A DNA stretch of 64,000 bases from Mobula hypostoma (Eukaryota): positions 127,908,001 through 127,972,000 of the forward strand of contig NC_086097.1 of NCBI RefSeq assembly GCF_963921235.1, written 5' to 3'. Of the stretch, positions 23,345-35,109 are shown piece by piece (the stretch's first letter is position 1; the number at the start of each line of letters is the position of its first letter). The notes below the pieces were generated by a model. It worked only from the letters and a program-made list of their open reading frames with translations, searched no databases and was not told the DNA's origin. The translations under genes were made by a program, and so were the position numbers.

Positions 23345-23960
23345 GATCATAATGGGGAAGATTGAGGCCAAGAGTCCCTCTTATTGTAAAAGAAAGTCCA
23401 TTCAAGAGTGGGATAGAAGCTGTCCTTGAGCCTGGTGGTATGTGCTTTCAGGCTTTTGTATCTTCTGTCTGGTGGGAGAGGGGAGAGGAGAGAATGTTTG
23501 GGATGGGTAGGGTCTTTGAATATGCTGGCTATTTTACTGAGGCAGCGAGAAGAATGGACAGAGTCCATAGAGGGGAGGCAGGTTCCTGTGATGAGCTGAG
23601 CTGCATCCACAACTCTCTGCAGTTTCCTGAGTCATGAGCAAGCAGAGCAATGGCTCAGTTGTTAGCACCAAGCCACTATGCATCCAAGCAGAATGCTTTC
23701 CACAGTGAATTAATAAAAATTAGTAATTGTCAATGGGGCCATGCTGAATTAGCCTCCTGAGGCAGCAAGAGAAAAAGTGTAACATTGCTTTCTTGGCTAT
23801 GACACCAACGTGGTTGAACCAGTACAAGCTTATTCAGCTCTGTTGATCATAGTATGCTGATCCTTACTGATTGCAGTCTCGTGTTCAGAAAGTCAAGGAT
23901 CCAGTTGCAGAGGGAGGCATTAACTCCCAGGGTCCAGAGCTTGGTGATGAGTTTGCTTGG
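23345..23960 (-). mobile_element. Rex1/Babar LINE fragment
   Basis: DAAQLITGTCLPSMDSV...IFKDPTHP...RRYKSLKAHTTRLKDSFYP. Confidence 0.8.
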
Positions 23961-24699
23961 AATAATAGAAATAATGATATAATAACTCATTAATATAAAA
24001 TAACGACTCATTTAAAACCCTCAAAGTTTGCAAGTTTCTTGCTGAGCTCTGTCGGGATTGGAGATTTTAAATAAAGCAGCTCTGTATTCTGCATTCATGA
24101 TTGACAATTGCCAAATAAATTATGATCTTGGCATTAAGGAATGCACAGAACCAACTACTTACATTTCAGCTCTTTTGGGGGTCTAATATACTTTCAGTAA
24201 CCATTACTTAACTCCTGTTTTTCTAATCTTCACAACAAAATGTAAATGAAACAGAGAATAGTGGGGCATCTGGACTGATGATGCCAACACTTTCCAAGCC
24301 CAAGAAATTAGGATCCACTTACGAGAGTGGCTTCTGATCCCAGACAAGCAGTCATTTGTATTATCTGCACAGACTGTACCAAACTAAAGGGCAGTAACTT
24401 GTTATCAAACAGAGTAGCAAAGTGGGATTTAGGGGAAAGTTAAAAGCATTTATAATACCTTTAAGTAGTAAACTTACCTGTAGGTTCTATAGAAGTGTTA
24501 TCACATGGAAAAAAACACAAATCAGGGCAGATGATGTAAGAATGAGGGGACGGGGGTGGGGGGAGGGAATAAAGTGACAGAGGTTTAGGGAGGGAATTCT
24601 AAAGGTCAGGATCTCCTCAACAGAAGGGACAACTACAAGTTGTGCAGCAAATTAGTTCAGAGATAAGCAAGAGTCGAGAGTTGGCGGAGCACAGATAGA

Positions 24700-24955
24700 A
24701 TATAACTCCACCATGGACAGTCTGACTGTGAAAGGAGGTGGATTGGACATGGGCTAGCAACCTCATCCTGTAAAAATCCAGTGCTACAGAAACATCAGCA
24801 GAAGCTCCAAAGACCTCATTCCTGGGACAGGAAGGATACACCGAGAAGACAGGTTGTACCTGGAGACAACATGAAAGACTGGCCCAGGACAGAGAACTCT
24901 GTCGAGCTGTTGTCAGCAGCCTTTGTCCCAATAGGGTTGATGGACTTAAATAACA
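24700..24955 (+). mobile_element. RTE-derived bipartite non-autonomous element
   Basis: RTE 5'UTR-like GGGCTAGCAACCTCATCCTGTAAAAA joined within ~150 bp to the RTE C-terminal motif ERLAQDRELCRAVVSSLCP. Confidence 0.55.
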
Positions 24956-25029
24956 AAAAGCAGACAGAATATAGAGTAATATAGTATGGAAAGTAGTCAG
25001 TCAGCCTATTAATTCATGCTGACCATCAA

Positions 25030-25240
25030 GACCCCATCTACACTAATCCCATTCTATTCTCCACCCTTTCCCCTCAACTCCTCCCGGATTCTACCATTCA
25101 CCATTACGCCAAGGACAATTTACAGTGGCCTAATAACCTACCAATCTGTATGCCTTTGAGATCTGGGAGGAAATTGGAGCACCTAGGAGAGACCCTTGGG
25201 GTCACAGGGACATGCGAGCTCCACACAGGTCACTCCTGCT
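25030..25240 (-). mobile_element. HE1/V-SINE fragment
   Basis: caatttacagtggcctaataacctaccaatc...gggaggaaattggagcacctaggagagac. Confidence 0.65.
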
Positions 25241-26884
25241 GCTTACTTTACAATCACACCCTACGTTTATATAGCCCCTTATAAAGCAGCTTCAAGACAT
25301 GAGGCCATCTACGGACGTATGAAGACAGGCCTCATCCAAGAAATATATTTTAATATGTTTCACTGTGGGAGAGAGGGAGAGTGAATTAGGGAGGTTTAAG
25401 GAAGGAACTCTGGACCGTGGGCTGAAGGGGCTAAAGGTATGACGGCCAAGGGCATCATAATTCAACGGGCTGTACAGCAGTGAGTCCAAGAGTCTCATAT
25501 ATCATGATCCATTTGTTCCCACCCTTGATTAATTACATCCAAAGCAAAAACTGTGGTTTTATTGAAAGATGAAATGGTTTTCACCTTAATTATTGCGACA
25601 GATTAAAAAGGCTCGAATTCAACCAGATGCAACTGGTTTACACATGCTCAGAACAGAAATCTTGCAGACTGATTACCACGTCATGTGGAGCAGATGCAAC
25701 CTAAACAGATTATAACCTCCAGCACTTGGAATAGGCTGAGAACGCAGCAATTATCCTTGCTATTCACTTGTACGTGCATTGGATATCTCACAATCCACTC
25801 ATTATCCATTGATCAAGTATTGCTGGGCAGTGTTCTTTTTAAGAGTTTCTGCTCACAAAATCCATACCTCTTATTTTAATACATCCTCGCCCTCCACCTG
25901 ATCTGGTCTTTCTATATACCCATATGTAAATATAATTGGGAATCAGCCTAATATTTCCAAGCCAAAGAGGTATTGTAAAAAAAGACTTGGCAGGAACTAA
26001 GGAGACAGAAGTTTTCAAATTGAGGATCTTTCTTCAGGACCCCAATATCTCAGTATTTCATTCTGTGTTGTGCCAAATCTTTGGTCAGGATTTCCCCACC
26101 TATCTTAACCTATGCGAAGCTCAAGGCAAATTTTAGCAAGGTAAGGCTTTACATTTCTGGATGGCTGTCTGTGGGGTCCACAAAGAAATCTGAAGCAATT
26201 GTTAGCCAAACTACCTCCCATGTTGAAGGGTGTGTTGAATCAGTAGTATTGATGACAAAGCTATTCAGCTTTGCTACTGTTAGTTCATAGTAATTTATTT
26301 TATGGATATGGATTGTAATTTGCTTACAGAAATATTATAAAATACAAGGATACTTCAATTTCTCTAGTTATTTCTGTATATTGCAATTTTTATTTAACAT
26401 TTTGTAGTATGTTTAAAAAGTTAATTAAATATTTTGATTTACCTAACTTCTCAGAATTCTTGAATGGATGTCAGGCAATTTGATGTCTGTTGTGTGCTGG
26501 GGACTACCACAAGGAATACAAGTCTTCATGGAAGAAAGCAGGCTGAACTTTGTTGTTTCTTACAGGGACAGATCTTATCTAATCTACTAAGGAGTTTACC
26601 AACTTCCAGTGCTGATACATTGCTGGACTAGATTTCTCATCATTTTGAGGTGACTCTTTCACCCTTTTGGTTATGCCCCAATTATCTTGATCTTCTCATT
26701 GTGGATCCATCTATCTTTCCCAGACATTCAGAAAGTTAGCCACTTGTCCCCTAATGCTTTAGTGTCTTCTACATAAGAAGAATGAGTATAAGGATAAAGA
26801 ACATAAGATTATGGATAATAACACAAATATCCAATTGTATTTTTATATGTTTTACATGTGTTGAGTAAGCAATGTAGTAAGTTT

Positions 26885-27520
26885 GATTGCACCACAAGGC
26901 AGTGTGCTTAATCCCCTGCTCCACTTGCTTTGCACCTATGACTGTGTGGTTAAGCACAGCTCCAATGCCATATTCAAGTTTGCTGAGACACCACTGTCTT
27001 AAGCCGAATTTAAGTGGTGCTGAATCAGCAGGTAGGAGGGAGATTGAAAAATCTAGCTGAGTGATGCTATAACAACAACCTCTTACTCAATGTCAACAAG
27101 AGCAAGGAGCTAATTAAGAGCCTCAGACCTCACACCACTAGGTTCAGGAGCAACTATTACCCGTCAGCCAACTTTGGCTCTTGAACCAAAGGTGATAACT
27201 TCACACAACTTCACTTGTCCCAACATTGAAAATTTGTCACAACTTATATACTCACTTTCAGGTGTTCTTCATCTCATGATCTTGATATTTATTGGTTATT
27301 TCTTCATTATTATTGTTATTATTTATTTTTGGTTTTGCTCAGTTTGCTGTGTTTTGCACACTGGTTGAATGTCCAAGTCAGTGTGGTTTTACATTGATTT
27401 TGTTATGGTTATTATTCTATTATGGATTTATTGAGTATTCCCACATGAAAATGAATATCAAGGTTGCATATGGTGACATATATGTGCTTTGACAATAAAT
27501 TTACTTTGAACTTTGAATAT
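26885..27520 (+). mobile_element. Rex1/Babar LINE, internally deleted
   Basis: PQGSVLNPL...YDCVVKHSSNAIFKFA...LNVNKSKELI joined to the HTTRFRSNYYP C-terminus and the TTTACTTTGAACTTTGAA tail. Confidence 0.8.
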
Positions 27521-27539
27521 CTCTTATTGAGATAAAACT

Positions 27540-27990
27540 AGAAAATACTAGAACTACACAGCAGATGAATCTGCATCTATGTGTATGTAACCCTCGCTCC
27601 AAGTCCACTCAGTCTGGCAGTCTACCAACTCTCTCCATTCGCATCTTCTCTCCTCATCTCTCCCTGGCAAAAGACCGTGAAAATCTCTCTTCCAGACTCA
27701 CAAGAAAGAACAACATTTCTCTCATTGGATAGCCCCAGCATTATCTCTAGTCATAACCAAAACGCTGCTGCTGCAGAGAAACCATTATATTAACAGTGAA
27801 CCCTTACAGCATGTTACATGTCAAGAAAATATTGGATCAATGTTTCGAGTTGAGAAACCTTCATCAGAATGGTCTTGGTCTTGAAATGTTGACATGAAAT
27901 GTTGATTCATTTTCTCTTCCCATAGATGCAGGTTATTCTACTGGGTATATCCAATTTTTTCTGTTTTTGTTTTAGATTTCCATCATCTCC
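27540..27990. mobile_element. Degraded Penelope-like inverted pLTR pair with hammerhead core, interrupted by a small LTR
   Basis: - strand 27836-27870 reads AUU-CUGAUGA-AGGUUUCUCAACUC-GAAA-CAUU-GAU. An inverted copy (...catagatgcagg...tttccatcatctcc) follows. Confidence 0.6.
27586..27818. mobile_element. Small solo LTR (233 bp)
   Basis: TGTAAC...GTTACA termini; imperfect 4-bp TSD TGTA/TGTC; interrupts a Penelope pLTR. Confidence 0.6.
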
Positions 27991-28489
27991 ATTCTTATTT
28001 TTGATTTTAATCTGTATTGAGGATTGTGTCAGCTGCCATGTCTGTTTCAGATATTAACTTACTTCTACTAGCATCAGCTTCATTTGGGAACTAATTCTTT
28101 AAGAGGCACAACTATGGTAGGATACTATATATAGATAAGTTTGCAGGTGACTGTGTCTCCTAAAATAAACCATGGTTAACCATATCCATGCTAAGAGCCT
28201 AGTAATTGCTTATTATTGCCCTATTGTCCTCTCATCAAACGTATACCACTTTACCATGTACTGTCATGTGGGCTGGACAGTCTTTCATAATCATTCATGT
28301 AATATTGCTCCTTAAGTCTCCCCTGTGGTAATTTTAATTGAGTTTTCTCTGTCTTGTTCTCTATTAAAGAAAAAGCTCTCTTTTCACATCTCATGCATTT
28401 GCCAATAAATTACAAACTTTTGAAGTCATAATGGTGCAGGCACAAGAAGATTTGTAAAGCAGAAGCTACACCCATGGTGGTAGGCAGAA

Positions 28490-28680
28490 TGGAGGCAGGC
28501 TGGTGTAACAATTAGTACTGCTCCTTCAGCTCTCATCCTGCACTTGGGTTCTATCTGTGTGAAGTTTGCAAGACCATCTGGGTTTCTTCTAGCTGCTCTG
28601 GATTCTCTCCACTTTCCAAAGCTGTGCTAGTTGGCTAATTGGTGCTGTTTATTATTCCTTAGCGCGTTAAGTGTGTGTGA
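28490..28680 (+). mobile_element. HE1/V-SINE, degraded
   Basis: ctatctgtgtgaagtttgca...gggtttcttctagctgctctggattctctccactttccaaag...ggctaattgg. Confidence 0.6.
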
Positions 28681-29610
28681 GTGGGGTGGGGATGGGGTTG
28701 GAGGAATCAGAGGAGTTGAAAGGCATATATGAACAATTAGGTTACAGGGACATAAGAAGGGAGAAATAGGATTGATCTAGTATAGACCTTGTGGTTCAAT
28801 TAGCCTCTTTTTGTGTCTTAATGATCTGATTCAATGGCGAGATTGAAAGATTGCACCACTAGGGCAAGACCTTTTCCTCTTCTTTGAAATAAGTCCTTTG
28901 ATCTTGTGCATTTCCATTAGGGGACAAGATAATAATTCTGATGGGTAGTGTTTCCTTCGAAGAGGGAGTGAAGTATTAGCTTAGACTTTAGTGCTCAAGT
29001 GGGACTTGATCCAGTAACCTTTTTGCTCCAAGTCCCATTATGCCGCCACTAACACCTATTTCATGTCAAACCAACTATAAAGTTCTTATGGTTCACCACA
29101 TTATTTTTGGCTGCCTATTCATTTTACACCTCAGCAGAAAGTCCTGGTGGGTTGGATGGAATAGTTGTGCCTGTTTTCTTTGGCAATGCATCTAGAATGC
29201 ATATAGACTACAATATATTGGTTCATAAGAACAGATTTATGACCCGTTTCAGAAACAAGATTCATGCTTAAATTCTTTAAAAGATTCTTAAGTCAATCAC
29301 ACTGGCACTAAATTTTGCAGGCTGAACCTTCAGGAGCCGAACCATAGGGAAAGGAACATGTCAACTTAAATAGAGGGTGCTTAATTTCCCAAGCTTCTTG
29401 TTGGCCATACCCCATGTTCTACCCTGTAATATGTGCCACATAAGCTCTGAGTCCAAAAGCAGATTAATTTTCTGAGTTTTGTTTTCTGAGATTGTTTAAC
29501 TAGTAAAGTAATATAGTTGTTAAATTTCCGAAATATTATTTTCCAATCAAACAATTTCATTGTGCCATTTCTCTGTGGTATTGTAGTCTTTCAGTGTCAG
29601 TTTGATAATA

Positions 29611-30694
29611 CAGTGGATTCTGTTTAATTGGGCCATCAGTTGGGCCTTTGGCAACCACTTATTTGGAACAACTCTTGGAAAGAACAAAAACAAATTGAGA
29701 AAATAGTCGAGATTCCCTTTCTTTATTTGGGACAATATGCCACTTAATTGGGGTAAGAAACTGTTTCTAACAAGTGTCAGCTGTGTGCACATCATATGTT
29801 TGTTAGGCACTACATCGTACTTAGAGTGAACAGTTTTAAAGTAGCATCAGTTGTGTATGTTTGTGTTCAAAAAGCAGTGATTTTTGTCACTGATAGTTGG
29901 TGAGAAATAAACAGTAAGACAGTTCAGAACTGCTTTGCTCATTGTGGTTTCAAGGGTTCAGACTTGGAAATGCCAGAAACAGCCAGGAGTGAAAATGAAA
30001 TGATTTCACTACTTCAACAAGTTAGGAACTATGAAGAATTTGAGGGTATTGACAGTCATTGTGACTGTTACTTATGGTCCCCACTGGACACTCAGCTCTC
30101 ACCTGTTACTTTGAGTAGCTGTTTGCATGTGATGGCAGCAAAACCCTGGTACACCGCTCCAACGGGCGGACTAAACGAATGTGTGGGTAGCTGGTGGGTC
30201 TCATACCCCAGTGAGATGGGGACATGCCTGTGCCAGCATGCAAACTCAGCTCCGGTGGACTGGGAGGATGAGATCAACCATGAGATCCAACAGCCAGGAA
30301 GGTAGTTCTGCAATGCTTTGTGGAGAGCAAAGGGCATGATGAGGCACAGAAATAGTCATGGTCATCCACTGCAAACAGGGAAGATGCCCATTGAGACATC
30401 TATTCATCTCACTGGATCCAGACTTTTGAGGTCAAAAGAGTGGAGCTGCCCAGTGCAGCAGCTTTTCCTCTTTAAAAACTCTCCCACACAGGTTTCATGT
30501 GATCACCATGGACAACCACCAGTAGTATTGGTAGTGTTCTAATTTGTCCTCTATTTCATTTAAGTACATAACTTGTTACTCAATTAGCTGGTAGTTTATC
30601 TTTTTAATACCTTCTTAACTATTTCCATGAAACTTTGGCTAATTGAGGCAAAATGTTCTGGTTCCGATGTGTCTCAATTAACCGGAAACCATTG
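29611..30694 (+). mobile_element. Tigger/pogo-type DNA transposon deletion derivative
   Basis: Left end TA|CAGTGGATTCTGTTTAATTGGG matches the right-end reverse complement CAATGGTTTCCGGTTAATTGAG. Internal FVTDSW*EINSKTVQNCFAHCGFK is the pogo transposase C-terminal motif. Confidence 0.75.
30070..30520 (+). mobile_element. Unclassified GC-richer insert within the Tigger element (possibly RTE 5'UTR-derived)
   Basis: Abrupt compositional change interrupting the AT-rich transposon body; no recognisable ORF. Confidence 0.4.
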
Positions 30695-30859
30695 GGTTTA
30701 TAACTTGTTTCCTCTTCAGGATTCTTGGTCAGGTAGCCCATGTTTCAGTGAATGTTAGTTCTTCATCTTTTAATTGTTTCGAAGCTGTTCCTTCCTGTTC
30801 TGACACAAGAGTATACATGACCCTTTGCAATTCCACTGACTTACTACACCAATACCGAC

Positions 30860-31065
30860 TGAGTTCAATGACATCCCTGTGGAATGTGTGGGTTTCCTCC
30901 AGGTGCTCTGGTTTCCTCCCATAGTCTAGAGACGTACCGGTTAGTAGGTTAATTTGTCATTGTAAATTGTCCCATGATTAGGCAAAGATTAAACCGGGGG
31001 TTACTGGATGGCATGGTTTGAAGGGCCAGAAGGGCCTATTCCTTGCTGTACCTCTAAATAAAAGA
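30860..31065 (+). mobile_element. HE1/V-SINE with CR1-derived tail
   Basis: GGGTTTCCTCCAGGTGCTCTGGTTTCCTCCCA...GGTTAATT...TGTAAATTGTCC, ending GGGCCAGAAGGGCCTATTCC, a tail shared with the CR1 copies. Confidence 0.8.
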
Positions 31066-31494
31066 AAAATGTGATTTTTTTTGTCAGCTGCATAAGACAG
31101 GAGTCACTTATTTCCATAATGGAAATAAAAAATATTTTCCAACCTGTCAGGGGTGGGAGTGGGTCATTTCCAGCTGTTCGAGCTTTCAGAAGATATTTTG
31201 GTTGGGGGTCATGTTCATGGGCGTCCAACCAGAAACCATATCACAATTCAGGTCACAATGCTGATGCTTATGGGCCAACGGGGTTCCCCCTCTTCTGTGG
31301 ACCTTGTGCAGGGTGACCGTGGGTGGTGATTCCTGGCAGAGAGAACTGTACCACATGCCCTGGTCAATACTGAGCGGTACAATGGGAAAAACCACTGGGG
31401 CAAGACTGGAAGTATCAGCACTAAAGTAGGAGCACTCTACAATTCTGAATCAAACAACGCAAGATCCTTCTTTGAATGTGAATCAGACAAAAAA

Positions 31495-31665
31495 AATCGA
31501 AGGAACTCAGCAGATCAAGAAGTATCTGTGAAGGGAAATATACAGTCGAAGTTTCAGGTTGAGACCTTTCATCTGGACTGGAGATGGATGCTGCCTTGTC
31601 CATTTCCCTCTCTAATCTGCTGAGTTTCTCCAGCATTTTGTGCGTTGCTCCATATTCTAGCACCT
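31495..31665. mobile_element. Penelope-like inverted pLTR pair with hammerhead-like motif
   Basis: - strand 31543-31580 reads CAGUC-CAGAUGA-A-AGGU-CUCA-ACCU-GAAA-CUUC-GACUG. Inverted ctgctgagtttctccagcattttgtg at ~31617-31642. Confidence 0.7.
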
Positions 31666-31929
31666 GTAGTGGCTTGTATCTCTCTTCTTTGAATGTAGGC
31701 ATTATTAGAATAGGGAGACCTATGTTCCTTCAGGTAGGTATCTGGGTATTATCCAGGATACTTCTGAGGCTTAAATGAATCCTTGTACTGCCCCAGTTCT
31801 GAAAGATGGAGCCCCAGAGACAATGACAAATGTACCTCTTACTGCCTTCTCACACATTCTGGCTCAACGTCCGAAAGATGTGGGTTCATGTCTACCAGGA
31901 CTGCAGACTCCACTCAGTTGATCCATCCC

Positions 31930-32320
31930 CTTAAAATTCCTGGCATTAACATATCAGATCACCTGTCCTGGGTCCTGCACATGGACGCAATCGCAAGGAA
32001 AATTCACAAGCTGTCTTTAACCTTCCTTTATAGGGGGTTAAAGAGGTTTGGCATATCACTGAACACTCGACAGATGTGCTGTTGAAAGTATCCTGACTGC
32101 TTGCATCATGATTTAGTATGGCAGTTCAAGTGCACAGGTATGTAAGGAAGCTGCAGAGTATAGTGGCAAACCAAACAATACATCACAGGCATATCTGTCC
32201 CCACCATCGGAAGTACCTACACGCGCTGCCTCATGAAAGCAACGCTCATCAATAAAAATCCCCACCATCTAGACCATATCAATTTCTTGCAGCTATCATT
32301 GGCCAGGAGAAGTCTCCACC
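31930..32320 (+). mobile_element. Rex1/Babar LINE fragment
   Basis: KIPGINISDHLSWVLHMDAIARKIH...LKRFGIS. Confidence 0.7.
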
Positions 32321-33651
32321 TAGGTATAGGAAACATTTTATTTGTTTTATACTACAAAGGTGTTTACTGACCACTGACTCTCTCTCTCCCCTACATCTGC
32401 GACGTACTTTTCACCTAGCATTCTATTCACCTATCACCTTGCATTTATGACAAGTACGTTCTAGTTCATTGGTGTTTCGATTTAAAATGCTCACCTGAGT
32501 TTTCAAATCACTTAAAGATGTCTTGTGGCTCCATGGTTTTAATGCCATCATCACCATGGCGTCTGATGCCAATTTTGTTTGATGATGTGCCTTGATGGGT
32601 GATGCAAGCACTTAGCACAGTAATCTCATAGTTCCAGGGATCAAACCTGACCTTGAGTACTGACTTTATAAAACTTACAACTTCTTTCCATAGCCATGTC
32701 CATTTCATCACGAGCTCTGTTTTCTTTTTACAATGCAAAGATGTGCTAGAAGAGGGTTACTTCTTTGTATAGGTAAGTGGCAAATGAATTAAAGGGGAAA
32801 TGATGGGCAAGTTGGAGAGAGATTAAGTTGCAAGGATACAGAAGAAAAAGGAGAGGGGAACAGAAAGTGATGGGACTATCACGAGTAAATGGGACTAGCT
32901 TAGATAGGAACCTTGGTCAGCATGGACCAGTTGGGCCAAAGGGCCTTGTTTCTGAGCTATTTGACTCTATGACCGCTCTGATGGAAGCTGGCATGGACCT
33001 GATGGGCTGAATGGCTTCCTTCTGTGTTGCCTTAGAACCTTATGTTCAAGATGCTGCACAAAACGAAACAGTCATTGTTGTTGTAAAGAGGTTATAGACA
33101 AGTGATATATGCATAGCTTGGTCAAAAAATGGATTTTATGGAAGTAAAGAGATAAAAAATATTTGGTAAGTAAAATCCAAAGCTTAGGACCTTGGCAACT
33201 GGAGGCAAGAATGTTGGAGTCAGAGCAAATAGAATCATCAATGCCTGACTAACCTTACCCACTACCCGTGACAGAGTGGCATTTAAAGCCATCTTCCATT
33301 GCTCTCGAGTGAAGCTTTATAAGTTCCTTTCAGCATTTTGCTTCCAATAGTTTGGTGGTTTGATTTATTCATCTTAAAGGACTGAAGCTGCATCCCTTTA
33401 TCAATGTAGCTTCTGAACTCATGCCTCCAACTGTTTTGCAGCCCCAATAATAGCAGGGAAACAGGAAAGGAATTGTGAGAGAGGAAATTCTGGAATTGCC
33501 ATTTCCGCGAGTTCACGCTGAATTTAACGCTAAAGTGGTTAAGTGGGTGCATTGAGGTCAGGCAGGTTGAGGCAGTTTGGGATTTCTTATTTGCATATTG
33601 CTATCTTTTTTGTCTTCATTCTTCACAGTATTACAGGGATTCAAAACTTAC

Positions 33652-33807
33652 CATATGGTAGTGATTTGGCACCGAGAATTTCGATCTCTGTTGGGTTTGC
33701 CACCCACTTAGCACAATTTTGCATAGAAAGTCTCGGGGGGAACAAAAAGCATTCATCTGGGTTTTTTTTTGAGCAATTGCAAAGCACTTGCTGGAAGCCC
33801 TGTTCAT
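33652..33807 (-). CDS. Candidate first coding exon of an unidentified host gene (52 codons)
   Basis: ACCATGA start, open frame MNRASSKCFAIAQKKTQMNAFCSPRDFLCKIVLSGWQTQQRSKFSVPNHYHM, consensus donor ATG|GTAAGT, in locally CpG-rich unique DNA. No homology recognised. Confidence 0.3.
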
Positions 33808-34489
33808 GGTGTGAAGTCATTATCCATTCTGCAGCACGGTGTGGAAACTGCTGTGGATCAGCTCAGTAGGTGCTCCACAGGAGCTGAGGCTTGTGTGTTC
33901 AAATTCCATGGCACTTCAGTGTTGTGCATAGAGCATACAGCACCAGGAACAGGCCTTTCAACCCTTGATTTTTACTGAATTAGTCAAAATGGTGATGGCA
34001 CCTAATCTCAGTCTTCTATAAACAGTCCATTACCCTCTATCTTCAGCATTTCTATTTGTGAGCCTCTTCAGTGCCTCTCTCATTTTTGCCTCCACTATCT
34101 CCTTTGGCTGTACATTCTAGGTACCCATCATTGTCTGTGTGGGGGAAAAAGAATACATTTTCTGAGCTTTTCCCACTCACTTTAAACTCTCAGTACTGAG
34201 GGGCTATTGCCTGGTTGGGTGCAGTTTTCTTAGGTGAGATACTAATCCAACTAGTATTTGAAAAAGCTCAGGTACTATTTCAAGGAGGGTTAAGTGTGTG
34301 TCTACAAATGTAAGGGCTATCCTTCATTCCCTTGTTAGCTTTAACAGATATGTGCAAACTATCAGCTACGAACATCTCTCTTTCCACATAGAATCTGTAA
34401 GAATTGATTCTTCGGTGTGTTCAGTCGAAACTTACAAGTTTAGATCAAACGTAGAAGAACTATTTTTAATGAGATAAGCAAGGAAAAGT

Positions 34490-35080
34490 TGGTAATGGTT
34501 AATTACCATTGCACATACTGAGATACATCTACACAGATCATTCCATACATAAGTACGATGAGGTAGTAAAAAAGGAGAAAAACGAATGTCAAATATGGTG
34601 TTGCAGTTACAGAGAAAGTGCTGTGCAGGTAGACAAAAAGCAAAGGCTACAATAATGTAGATTGAGAGATCAAGAATTTGAATAAGTAGACCATTCATGA
34701 GTCTTATAACAGCAGGAAAGAAGCTGTCCTTGAGCCTGGTTTTAAGTGTTCTCAACATCTGTGTCTTTTGTTCATTAGGAGTGGGGAGAGAGAGAATGGT
34801 TACAATGGAGGGCTCCATAATTGTGTTGGCTGCTTTCATGAAACAATGGCAAATGTAGATAGACTCAATGAAGGGGAGGTTTGTTTTGCTTGATGGACTG
34901 GATTGTGTTCCCAACTCTGCAATTTCTTGCAGTCTTGGGCAGAGCAGTTGCCATAGCAAGTTGTGATGCATCCAGATGGGATGCTATTTATGATGCATCT
35001 GTGTAAAAAAAAATGGTAGGAGTTATCTGGGACATGCCAAATTTCTCCAGTCTTCTGAGGAAGTAGAGGTGCTTGCAAAT
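34490..35080 (-). mobile_element. Rex1/Babar LINE 3' fragment
   Basis: SGCITTCYGNCSAQDCKKLQ...TRLKDSFFPAVIRLMN. Confidence 0.8.
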
Positions 35081-35109
35081 TTGTATTGGAATTATTTATG
35101 TTGCTGGAT

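Noticed and set aside
24322..24390. - strand micro-exon FGTVCADNTNDCLSGIRSHS, EGF-like
   Set aside because: It lacks the remaining EGF cysteines, and splice-like sites of this quality are expected by chance.
31070..31420. Several open frames, possibly an exon or an L1-type endonuclease relic
   Set aside because: Only vague motif echoes across different frames; neither call can be supported without a profile search.
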